The translations under genes and the position numbers were made by a program. Source: Tubiluchus corallicola (Eukaryota; Animalia; Priapulida). Taken from it: a DNA stretch of 64,000 bases. Position 1 is the first letter of the stretch. Each line of letters begins with the position of its first letter. Location: positions 203,194 through 267,193 of the forward strand of contig JAQGDQ010000099.1 of assembly GCA_030141605.1 (NCBI GenBank). Reading direction: 5' to 3'. Positions 26,879 through 39,402 of this stretch are shown here, in pieces. The notes under the pieces were generated by a model. That model was not told the DNA's origin and searched no databases. It saw only the letters and a program-made list of their open reading frames with translations.

Positions 26879-27103
26879 ATCAGTGCAAACGAATCAAATG
26901 TTCCAGAGGAAAGTCCTGCCTGCGTGACCAGAACCTGGTCCCGCACTGCGTGGCCTGCAATTTTCATTGCAACGATAACCCGGAAATCGACAAAGCAGTT
27001 TGCGGAAGTGACGCAATTACGTATCTCAGCGTCTGTCACGTTCGACTAGTATCGTGTAAACTCGGAAAGTCGATACCGGTCGCGTACACGGGCAGATGTA
27101 ATG
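26879..27103 (+). CDS. FST: Follistatin exon 4, FS domain 2
   Basis: 10 Cys; VCGSDAITY...IPVAYTGRC. Acceptor TTTCAG, donor GTAAGA, 225 nt. Confidence 0.95.
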
Positions 27104-27902
27104 GTAAGAAACTGCTTTTTTCTGTGAGAGAAACAAACGATATTGAATTGAATTACTTGCACGAAGATGATTTAGAAAATAACTCTGGGCTCCAATCATT
27201 ATATTTCCACAATGACATTTATTTGCCTTCAGTTCAACCTAAAACGTTTACCAATGCAGCCGGTGAGACTTTGAACTAACTGCCACATAGCGCTTACACC
27301 TGCAGAATAATGGGAAAGCTACCCATGTGAACTCGTTTAGTTGAATTACAAATAGCGTCCATTTGTTCGTCCGTTCTCTTTTTCTGTAAAAACTCTGTAT
27401 CTCTAAACGGTGGGGAAACCGAAATTAAGCAGACACATTAGGCTTACCATGTACTTGACCTTCCACATTATGAAAATGAAAAATTCAAAAATCAGACTTG
27501 CAGGGTCGACTAGTGATTATGTTCAAATGATCAGCATTTTCTGAACAAATTTTTATTTTATCGAACTAACTATAATTAAGTTGTATCAGTCGGTCTGTTT
27601 ATGTTGTATTATATTGTAATATTGCAGTGTCCTATAATAAAGCAGCTTGTTGAACCTGGGACCCACCCCTCATAAACTTGTAAAAATACAAGACAGGATT
27701 TATTGCATGCATGCAAAAGTTTGCATGCATGCTTGTAAGAATCATTGCACGAAAATGATATTTTTCTGGTAATTTTTTGTCTGTCGTTTCAGATTGGGTA
27801 GAACTTTTTGCGGATTTTATTCTTCAAGTTTTATTTGCCTGGAGCACTCGTTTAACTGTTTTTCTGTATTTTATTGTTATCGGCTTATCGGAAGCTTTCA
27901 TT

Positions 27903-28330
27903 CAGACGCGGATCCACGCTTAAAGAACGGGGTGCTGCACGTGGTAGTTCCATAATAAAGAAATGTGGATGATGTAGACGGCAATTCTATACTAACAGAA
28001 TAGGTGCTGCAGGTGGCGGGTCCCATATTCTGGAAGTGAGGGGTACGGCAGATAGGGAATTTATGCTAAATAAGTGAGATGTGACGCAAATGGCGGATCC
28101 GTAATAAAAAAGTGAGAGGTGCTGTGAACGGCGAATCTGCACTAGGGGGTTAAGGGATGTTGCAGTTGGAGCAGCCATACTAAGGCAGCAAGGTAATGCA
28201 AATGGCTGGTACATAATAAGAAAGTGTAGTTTGCTTTAAATGGCGAATATATACTAACGAAGCAGGGATGTTGCAGATGGCGGATCCATGCTAAGAGAAT
28301 GGGGGATGCTGCAGCTAGGGCATCCATGTC
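27903..28330. repeat. Degenerate ~36-39 bp minisatellite, about 11 copies
   Basis: Recurring units resembling GCAGATGGCGGATCCATGCTAAGAGAATGGGGGATGCT. Confidence 0.7.
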
Positions 28331-29597
28331 AAAGGCCAATTTAGACAATCGAGTGTTCTCAGTGCCTCGTTGTGAAAGTGAGTGACACACTTTCCGATAG
28401 TCTAAACACGAATGACACACCTCCCCAACGACCTTTTGCCAAACAGATTTGCCCAATCAGAGGCCCGAACTTTTTGCACGTGACTACCGCTTTCCTTGCA
28501 AAGCTTTATTTTCCATAAGGAAAGACGGATAGTCTGCTCTAGACTCAAAATATTCATCTGGGACACATGAGATGCAAGAATGACAAGTTGAAGGGTCATT
28601 CAGTTACGATGGGGTGTCCGTTCTGATAGTGTAGACTTGCCTTGAGGAAGTGAAAGTGCTGCAGGGCTGCAGACAGATGCGTGGAGCTTAAACAAAACAG
28701 TCTCAAAAAAGTATATTGATCTATAATTATTCCTAAACTATTCGAAATGTGAAATCTTAAACCATACTACTCACTATAACACCTGCAGTTAGTATTCCTA
28801 GGTATGCATAACTCTATAATGTGCACTTTAAATTCGTTATGTCAGCCGTATATATAATACTCAGTGTAAATTGCAATACAAATAGATTCTACGTTAAGTT
28901 TTCTTTGTTGCTGCCCGTGGAAAAATCATCTGAAAATTTATGAGAATCACGTGACAAACCCTGTGTTACTCTCTGAAACAAACTGAGCCTACGATTCGAA
29001 ACAACTGCTCCAACTGTTTAATGCATAAAAAGCAGAGCGCAATATATTTTTACTGTCAGAGATGCTATATACCCAGTAGCACCAATTATTTACCTCAAGC
29101 TTAGCTACTCGTTAGCTACAGAAGGACAGACAGACAAACAAACTTTTTTGAGGCTGAATTGTGATAATATTTGGTATTATGTGTATGAATTCATATTTTT
29201 GTCTTAAACGCGTGCACTCACACTTATTTTCCTACAAAAAGTCGATGCAAAAATTGTAGCAGCTTTCTAATGCGCATGCATGGTTCGTTTACATCGAATC
29301 ATGTTCGTTGTCTAGCGAGGGCCTCGTTGTTCCTATGCGAAGAAGAAATTTGTAAAATTCGCAATTTGTTTGCTTTGCCGACATTTTAATCTTATCAAAT
29401 TGACAAAATTATACGCTTATGTATGAATCAGACGATTTGTTTAGGTGTGGATTAGAAAATTTTAAACTGGATTTTGTTCTGGAGTTGCTGAGTCTGTAGC
29501 TCTACAAATCGGTTAAGTCACTTCATGAGAGGCAATAATTCAGGGTGTGGTACTATTATCGATACTCCGTAAAACCCCAAGTAATGAGTATAGACTG

Positions 29598-29770
29598 ACA
29601 CACGCACACACGCACGTGCACACACACGCACGCACACACACACACACACATCACATCACATGTGATGATGATGATAACGACGACGACAACGGCGATGACG
29701 ACGACGACGATCATAATAATGATGATGATGATAATGATGGTCGTGATGCAGATGACGGTGACGACGATAA
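29598..29770. repeat. (CA)n followed by (GAT/GAC)n microsatellites
   Basis: Direct observation. Confidence 0.9.
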
Positions 29771-30624
29771 TTACTAAGATTTTGAGGAATCACGACGTGT
29801 ACGCCAGTCTGATTTTATTTCTATTAGTATAAGACTATAAACTAATATCTCACGTGGTTGAATTTCTTACTTCTTTGTATACATTGTCTACCTGCTATTT
29901 GTACATTCACTTATACATGCGTGAACTGATACAATTTTTAACCCTTGCCATGATCCTGTTTGGAATCGAACTAACAATTTCTGTGTTCGGATCGATGTAC
30001 ATAAACCTAAAGCTAATTTAATTGGGTCAATTTATTCTCGTAGACCAACTTAACGGCATGCTCATAAAACTTTTTTTACTGACCTTGTCAGTTGCATGCC
30101 TGGAAATCAAGCAAGGCATGGGTAATCCTTTCCTAAATGGATTTATAATGTGGCGAAATCATAAGTCAACAATGACGCAGGTACAACAGACGCCGGTTGA
30201 CTCATCCGCACGTCTGGCGGGATCAGGGAACATCAAAGAAACTCGTCGCTTCCAGAACTCGTCGGTCCGGATTGCCAGTAGCGGAAAATCGGCGTTTGTC
30301 GCGTGAGACGACAGCTGTTGTTCGTACTTCCGTAAATCCCGTCTGGCACAGATTCCTTCTAATTGCTATCTAGGCCGCCGGCCATATTTGTCTAACGAAA
30401 TTTTGGCGGCGAATCAAATTCTCAATAACCGTAAAAAATTACCAACACTGAAAAAACTCCAGATTTTTCTGGCGACCAGCATGAATTCACATATCTGATG
30501 CAAAAAAGCTTGACAATATTTGTGTTTGGCTTAGATTTGAACCCCTGATATAGAGTTTTGCATGCGCGATTTTTGTTTGCGTTTAACTCCCCAGCCTCTT
30601 ATTGTGGGAGGGAAATAATTATAG

Positions 30625-30800
30625 GAAGGAACAAATGAATAAATGAACGAATAAACAAATAAAGAATCAATCAATAAATCAATCGGTCGGTCAGTCGGTC
30701 GGTCAGTCAGTCAGTCAGTCGGTCGGTCGGTCGGTCGGTCGGTTGGTCAGTCAGTCAATCACTCACTCAATCAGCCAATCAATTAGTTAGTCAATCAACT
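30625..30800. repeat. Graded tetranucleotide repeat (AATG/AATC/GGTC/AGTC)
   Basis: Direct observation. Confidence 0.85.
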
Positions 30801-31964
30801 AAAACTCTGTGATTCAGCGATGAGCTAACCAGCCAAGTAAAACTAAACAACCTAACAATCATCTAATCGACAAATGAATCGATCCGTCAGTAATTCTATA
30901 AATCATGTAACTAACAGTTTAACACTAATATCAGCAATCAGCAATCAACTTGGAAAAAGACAAAGAAATATACAACAAACACAAACACTAAACGAAAAAA
31001 ATGGATCAATGAAGTGACTGCAGAACTAAGCAAGTAAACAAGCAAACAAACAAATAAACAAGTGGAAAACAAGTAATCAATGTTCAGCTAGCTATGCGGA
31101 CAACAAGCAAGCAACATAGTCAGATTACTAGACAGCTCGATAGACAGACAGTCAGATGGGCAAACAGTGAGACAGACGAATAGTCAAAGAGCAGGGAACT
31201 GAACTTTCACTCTGATTGAGATTTACTTAAAATCGTTAATAATTAATTCTAATAGTAATGACATCAACTGATACTAATTTAGTACTGTCATTCTTTTGAT
31301 GTTGTTCTTTGTTTACTGGCATATTTCACCAGGCACTCGTCATTTCCAACAGTGTCTGTCCAGCGTTTACCAAGACAGAATGATGAAGCTGGTTGGAAAG
31401 ATAAAGTTGGTATCCCAAGAAACATTATCTGGGTCTATTGCTCTTTGTGGGGAGTGTCCTGATAACATCTTTCACTATTTTGCCCTTATCAATGGTTAAA
31501 TCTTAGAAATAAAAAATTCTGGTGACAATGACTTCCCTTTGTTAACAGTGTCATTTCGACCTTAGGATGTTGGTCTCAGTGTGAAGTTTAGGTATTAATT
31601 AGTGCTAGCATTATTTGCATATCTTGCATTCGGCACTGTTACTTAAAATTAGTTCACTAGAAGAAAATGGTTTTATCAGTTTAAGAATGTTTGTTGCAAA
31701 GGCAGCACAATGCCGTGAACATTTCTTATTGTGTCTTATATAATATACAAGGAGAGAGTTGAATAAACTAGGGTTAAATTTAAAATGAATTTGAATTTAT
31801 TTCACAGTAAAATAGTACATATACGTAATCACAGATATACTGTGATGTCACATTACAAATAACACGAATTCCTGTGAGGAGGAAGGAGCGCCATGCTGCC
31901 GGGTCCTCCTCCAAGAAGAGGAGTATCCTTGAATATTAATTCCGCTTGGCACTTTTTCTTTCAG

Positions 31965-32198
31965 ATTCGTTGACTTGCTCTACTGTGAACTGCGGTCCGC
32001 ATCAAAAATGTTTAATTGATCTTCGCTCAGGACAGCCAAGATGCACGACATGCAGCCGCCATTGCCTAAGTACGGCAGTACGTCGTTTGTGTGGAGTTGA
32101 CGGACTAACGTACAGTAATTACTGCGATTTACGCCGATCCAGCTGTCGAGATGGAATCTATGTGGATGTGAAACACGCTGGCAAATGCCGAAAAAGAG
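31965..32198 (+). CDS. FST: Follistatin exon 5, FS domain 3
   Basis: 10 Cys; LCGVDGLTY...VKHAGKC. Acceptor TTTTTCTTTCAG, donor GTAAGC, 234 nt. Confidence 0.95.
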
Positions 32199-32559
32199 GT
32201 AAGCTTTTAACAATTGAATCCCTTTTTGGAGCTGCTTTGAGAGTAAATAGTTACATTTGTAACTGGATCTTATACGGATTAAGTGTTAAAAGTAACCAAG
32301 CCATAAGTGCCATATAATTGAAGATTTGTCCACAGTATGAACAAGCAAGTTGTAACCTGTACCTATCAATCCATCTATACGCTACCTCTTCACAGGTCAC
32401 ATGTTCTGAAGTTTGAAGCAGCACAAAAATAGGAAAATGAAAACTAACAACAAACAAGATGGTTTCTGATTATATTAGCCACTACATTGTTTCTGTAATC
32501 CAATTTGGGATGACCACTCAAATGCAAGAAATGTGCAAACTTTGAGTTATGACTTTACA

Positions 32560-32616
32560 GTTGGTATCCCACAAGGCTTTATGCTGGGTCCTTTGCTTTT
32601 TGTTGCTTATATCAAA
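32560..32616 (+). mobile_element. Tiny LINE reverse-transcriptase relic
   Basis: Translates as VGIPQGFMLGPLLFVAYI, the GVPQGSVLGPLLF motif of LINE RTs. Confidence 0.6.
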
Positions 32617-32657
32617 AATTTTGTTAAAACTAATGGTTTGAAAGCTCCCTATTATAA

Positions 32658-32694
<37 letters not shown>

Positions 32695-32813
32695 CGATGA
32701 TGTGGATGGTGGATAAAAACTTCGTGGTTTTAGTAATGATCAATAATAAGGTTTAACTCCTTCATATTCTACATGTTGAGGTGCAACTCTGTAGCACTAT
32801 TTATATTCCACAG

Positions 32814-32869
32814 GAAAGAAGAAACGAAGGAGTAAACAGAGACGTAAGCGAAGAAGAAATATCGTCTAG
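32814..32869 (+). CDS. FST: Follistatin exon 6, polybasic C-terminal tail GKKKRRSKQRRKRRRNIV*
   Basis: Acceptor TTTATATTCCACAG, in frame with the phase-1 donor of exon 5. It is followed by a 3'-UTR-like region with AU-rich elements and AATAAA signals near 33277 and 33365. Confidence 0.75.
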
Positions 32870-33910
32870 TAAAACTCAATTTCTGAAAAATCGTACTTGA
32901 TGCGCCACCTCATATCCCTCATCTGCGTAATTTATTTATTTATTGTAAATAGTTTTAAGAGCTCTTATTGATGCTGCTAACGTGGGTGCAAGATCTTGTG
33001 GAATTTGCGGTAGAAAGGTCAGATCCAGTGAGCTATCGACCAAGAATATGGGTTGGCCAAATAAGGTAAACTGACTTACAAGAGGTTAAAGTTAAGTTGC
33101 CAGATTGACACGGCAATAAGCCTACTAAGGCGTTTTGATATGGTACGGCTCAGTTTACACAATTATATATATCTGTATGTACAAATATGCCATTGTTAGT
33201 ATGCTTTATGTACAAATATGTCATTGTTAGTATGCTTTAAATGCTTTTTTGTTGTTTTGTTATGTACATGCTTGTAAATAAAATTGTTTTAATTATTGTG
33301 TGAGGCTTACACAAAATATACCCATAGTAAGCCTTTGTGTACATTGGTCGCTCCGCGCATTTGTAATAAATTATAATAACTTAAATTTCGAAATTCAAAG
33401 GTTTGGAATTGACTTTTTCTAGATATTCGAGAGAAATTCTTTATCTCAAATCATGTTGTCGTATCATAATGTTGATAAGATTATCTACTGTGCATATAGT
33501 TCGTATTAAGCCCAAGCTGCCATATCACTTCAGGTATGACGTAAAATTCTGCATAAGTAAGTTTACATTCTGTTCGCCATGGAATCTACTTTGTGAATGC
33601 ATTATTTAGAACGCCATTTAGCGTTGCTATAGAATCCGTTTTACCGCAAAAATTTACAATGCGAAGTTAATTTATTGTGACTCAACAATATAAAAATTGA
33701 CTAGAAACTTATGACACTAACAATGAGAATGAGGACGAGACTAGTGAAAAAGATCTAGCTATACGGTTGCATCGCAATCGAGTAATCCAACAAGACTGTC
33801 TAGACAATGTCAGAGGCTGCGCATCTTCTCCTAATAATCCACGTAGCGCATTGCATCATTATACAGCTAAAAGACTTATAGTCTAAGTGCGTTTGCCACA
33901 TTATACGCTA

Positions 33911-34122
33911 AGTGGCGTTTACGTAGCATCCGGATGCGTATATGCGGATGTATTTTCCACCTGCGGAACAGCCTGGAATAGATTGTGGAAAAAATCAATG
34001 GAAATAGCTGCAGAAAAAGAATAACCCATTCGCAGACTTCATAAACGAGTGCATTGAAAACAATATAAACCGATTTTATCTATCCCCCCCCAAACGTATC
34101 CGGATGCTACGTAAACGCCACT
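33911..34122. mobile_element. MITE with ~30-bp TIRs, Harbinger/Tourist-like
   Basis: AGTGGCGTTTACGTAGCATCCGGAT ... ATCCGGATGCTACGTAAACGCCACT, flanked by CTA and TTA. Confidence 0.75.
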
Positions 34123-34894
34123 TTACACTTACCTTTTAAGCAGGGTTCTAGTTCAAGTTCAAGTTTATTTCACTTCGACAAAACACATATTACATATATC
34201 TTAACAAGTATACGATTATCACCAACGACTTTAACCTCTTGGTCTATGAAATTTAGTGATATTTTTAAATCTTGCTCACAATATTTTCCCTTTTTTTTCA
34301 TTAAGTGGTTATTTCTTGCCTTCATCTACGTGACCTTTGACCTCTGGTGACTGGTTGTACAACACAACACAAACATATCTTTGAAACTTGGCCCTTGTGC
34401 ATTCTATTTAGCCACTCAAACCTTTTGAGCTTGAATTTTGCATTAAACCTCTCTGGGCTCTCGATCTAATTAGAGTTCGTAAGTGAAAACGCTAAGAATA
34501 GATAGACTTTTTATCGTTAGTTTGCTCCGATTATGTTGAGTAACGTAATTGCATACGTAAATGGTTTTTTTGTAAGGTCTCTCTCTTACGCTCACTGAAT
34601 TTAAGTCTCCGTTTTCTTTCTTTTTTCATTCTTAATTTCTTTCATTATCCTTTTTTACTTTAGCTTATTTGTAGCTTATTTTCCTTTCGATTGCTGAACT
34701 AACTTTCTTTGTTTCTGCCGCTCTCTCACTCTTGTATCTTCTGTTTTCGCAGTTTCGTGGGTTATGTAAATTGTACAGGTCTTGGAATGTTGTCTCTAAC
34801 GGTTTGTCCAGAATTCATGTAGATTGAGCCAAACGTTATATATAGACTTTAAACCTATAGATTTAAGTTGAAATGCACTGTTTATTCGGCTCGT

Positions 34895-35162
<268 letters not shown>

Positions 35163-35886
35163 GTAATTATCATCCTGGTTTTATTAGGTTACCTTGTCCT
35201 TGTGCAAAGACTAGTTTACAACATTTTGAAATTTCAAGAAAGCTTTCATCTATGGCAAGTTTATAGCGATTGTTAACAACACTCATAATGAGACTTCAGC
35301 GTTTTATAAAACTATTTTTGCGCAGATGGTATTTTGTCTGGCCTCATTGATCGTCTATAAAATCAGACTGTGCAGCGTGTTCATTGAATCGTATGTTTGA
35401 GCAAGGAATTCAGGCGCTCTTGCCCATCTACATTTAAAAATAGTCGAAAAACAAACTAAGATGGTCATCAAACATTGTGTGAATAGTTGGTTTGCTAGCG
35501 ACGAACTCGAATTGTATGCCAGTCAATATGAAATTATTGTATTTTCCTGTTCGAGAAGTTTTGTCCCGGGGCATAAATGCAATTTTATAAACAATTGCAG
35601 TCAGTCTAAGGAGTTTCGATTTTAAATAATCTTGGTTTTGACCGGCAGGCAACGAAAATAAACAATTTAATCGATTCTTGAGGTGCTGCAATGTTCATGG
35701 ACAATCGATAGGTCTGTCTGGTGTTATGAAAAGCTAGTGAATGTCAGATCTTATTACACTGAGTTTGGTACCTAGAAAAATATTTAATAGCAATTGCGTC
35801 ACGTTTATCTGGACAAACAACGTTTGCTATGAGTTTGTTCGCGTTTACGTGCTCCTCCCTCTGTTTTGCGCACTCTTCTCCTCCGC

Positions 35887-35960
35887 CCTCTCTCTCTCTC
35901 TCTCTCTCTCTCTGTTTCTCTTTGCACTACTTTCTCTTCCCCTTCTCTCTTTCTCTCCCC

Positions 35961-36042
<82 letters not shown>

Positions 36043-36100
36043 GTCTCTGTGTGTGTGTGTGCGTGTGCGTATGCGTGTGCGTGTGCGACGCGCGTGTGTC
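35887..36100. repeat. (CT)n then (GT/GCGT)n microsatellite
   Basis: Direct observation. Confidence 0.95.
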
Positions 36101-36973
36101 TTGAACTCTATCAGCAGCTCGTTCTCCACCCAAAGTTACTGCACTAGTATCAAACTGGTCAAATTAACGCCAGCATTTGCTGTTCTACGCCCTGGATCTT
36201 TGTCAGGCCTCGTGTTTTCAGCATTTCTACGCCTGTGCACCTTTGCACATAAGACTTTTTCGTTCTAGTTCTGATAGAGCCTAAGGCAAAAGTAGTGGTA
36301 TTTATATAATGGCAATAAATTTATATGAATACATGCAGTAACTATAAACTCATTGATGCTTCTTTTTGTGATGCTGTCATTGAGATTGTTGCAAAAAAAT
36401 TCATTGCTTCTCACGCTTTTATATTAGACGTTCCTGATATGAGCCCCATGACTGATTCCAATTATTCGTACCAACACACAGAAGCCTAAAATTTAGCTAT
36501 GCGCTTCGGATACATGTATGTACTGTTGTTCCCATAATTTCACTTTTTGAAGAAATTCATGGTTACAATGACCACTGCGTTAAACAGAACAGAACTTTAT
36601 CAGTTTTAGAAAAGCTTTACCGACAAAAACAGGATACGAATTTTTCCTGTATGCGTAAGATTCGGTGGGTAATCTGCTTATTGTTAAACCTGCTATAGGA
36701 AAACCCCTGCTTTATAAAAAAATCTTGAATTCTGGATGCGCCTCGCATCTTGCAAGTTTGCTGTCGTGAAATACGCGTTACGATGTATCTGGATTTTACG
36801 CGCTATTTTACCTCTAGCTGAACTTTGCGTCCCTCGTTAAGCCTTTTTGCGAAAAGCGTCAACTCTTATAACAGTTATTTAAAGCCTTGGACGTAAGCCA
36901 AGTTAATCGAACTATTTAAATGGCTTCCACTAAATAATGAGATCATCTAAAATTTCGCATTACGTTTACTGGA

Positions 36974-37240
<267 letters not shown>

Positions 37241-38720
37241 GCCCAGCTCTTAATTTTCCGTCTCACTTTTCATTATTCTCCTGCTTCTGCCTGAGCAGTC
37301 TCGTAATTATACGTTTAATTAAATAAATGAATTTCGTATTGGCAAAAGGCATTTACACTATTGGCATTTACGAGGCATATTAGACATTTACTTGTAGTAA
37401 CGAAGCTTTTTAAAAGTCTCAATTTAACAATATTTGGTAAAAAATCTCTCAGTAACGAGCGAATTTCTTATCTCTTCTAACTTAAAAATAACAACGCTTT
37501 TTACTTTGCGCACTAACTGTCACACCAAATGTATAGTATGGGTTCATGCAGGTCTGGTAGATGTAAGTGCTTTGGGACTTTTTATGCGCAGCTTGTGAAA
37601 AAATCTCACCGACTGTCAATAAACTCATAAAAAAATTCGAGTTCGCCAGACGCCTCTAAGAAAGAGAAATTCTTTAATATTTTTTATGAACTCCATAAGT
37701 TCATCCGGTCAACTGTTTCTCTATACGAACTGCTAAGCACTTACACTAGTGTACTATATTGAAATGATAACTACTATAAAAATCTAGTGGTAATAGATGA
37801 TATGGGGCATTTTGTAAGCTCCGCGCGTTATATTTGGAAGTTCAATAAGTTGGAAGTAGTGAATTGTTTATATTTCCTAGAGTTATTAGAAACTTTCTAG
37901 GATTCCTCCATTTTTATCTGAATTGCCTATGGTGATGATCATAAGAAATGACATTAACATTTCTTAAAACAACACATAGAAAGTAAGTCTTTATCAGCGC
38001 ATTATTAAATACTCATTTAAAAAAGGTTTTATGGTATGCCTTCTTGAAGGTACACCAGTTTCTGTAATCATTTTGCTAGATGGCGGCCCCCCTTTGTGAA
38101 ATCTACGTTGTCAAGAAAGACGAACTTTTTTGCTAACATTACTCTCCTAACCGAACACCCACATTCTGCGTGATGTGTTCTTAGGAACTATTTCGTGGTA
38201 ATGGGACGTGAACAGGCATTTCAAATTGCCTTATTTTTGTGTCGGGTTTCCTGTGTGTTGCTCACCCTATTCTCGCCTTTCAGTTTCTCACTCTATGATT
38301 TGCAAGAGCTAGGATCCACATAATTTGGGTGCATACGTCTGGTTATTATATTTCATCGTTATTCTAGCTTGTCATACTTTTTCTACCTGCTTAACTCCTT
38401 ACTTACGATATGGAATATTGTTATGTGGTTCTACTGGGTCAATAACGTGAATCCATGTATTCTGGCGTCCGCTTCCGGTTTCACTCGCTGCACTGAGTTC
38501 CTCCAGTCAGCGAGATAAAATAACGCCTAACGAGTGACTTGGAAAGAAACATTAATTTAGGGAACTGTTTAATAACTTCTTATTAACACCATTAATAATA
38601 AACATAGTTTTATATGGCTTGTGTAATAGGCCATTCTATTCAATACTCTATGACGCTGGAACTAGATTTTTGGCTGGTATTTATGAAAAAAAATTGTACA
38701 GTTGTACTTTATTTCTGTTC

Positions 38721-39402
38721 CAGGCTCTATTAGTTTGGTGTCCTAGGCAAAAATTATTTTGGCGCCCCCTCCTCAACGGTCAACCCCTTCCCCACGATCT
38801 CCATGCACCCACCCGCAAAACTAAATTTTTGGTATTGAATTTTTCGTATAAGTAGGTACCATTATACTTAACACCCAAGTATTATGATACACTAATTACC
38901 TGTAGTTAATTACCTATTTACAGCTTGTATTGATTTTATTTGAAATTGAATTTATGGCCTCGCCGTGAGTCGCGGGTCTTCATGCGAAGTAACGAAAATT
39001 TCTATCATTTCTGCTGCACACTCTTCATGTGGCTTTGCTAGCCTTTCATCAGAAAATGTTTGAAACACTGTCTTCTCTTTTTCACTGGTTTCATCATCTA
39101 GTCTGGTTGCAAATTACTCATTAGCGACTTTTTTATTGTTCAAAGTACGTCAGCCTTTTTGTCTTTCGTTTCCTAAATTACGGTTTTCGAGACTTCGATT
39201 CTTATAGGTTTGTCTTGATACGAAAATAACGCAAGTACGAGCTCGTTTCATTTAATTAAAGTGTTGTGCACTTAAATAATTGCACATACACTATGTTATT
39301 ACTTTAGATTTTCTTATGCGAAACTTAAAAATGAAAGCATTAATTTTAGAATTTGGCGCCCTAGGCAACAGCCTAGTTTGCTTAATGGCATAGCCGGCCC
39401 TA
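38721..39402. mobile_element. Probable degenerate hAT-like non-autonomous element
   Basis: A GGCGCCCTAGGCAA-type motif lies near both ends and the right end reads GCCGGCCCTA. The left TIR and the TSD are poor. Confidence 0.4.

Larger units (their letters stand above)
12643..32869 (+). other. FST: Follistatin gene span; CDS join(12643..12691,23660..23854,25939..26160,26879..27103,31965..32198,32814..32869), 326 aa
   Basis: All introns are GT-AG and phase 1, with one exon per domain as in vertebrate follistatin. The joined 981 nt are open to the TAG. Confidence 0.9.

Noticed and set aside
32199-32317. Follistatin isoform reading through the exon 5 donor (GKLLTIESLF...AISAI*)
   Set aside because: The donor GTAAGC is strong and a good downstream exon exists. 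Nothing in the sequence supports retention.
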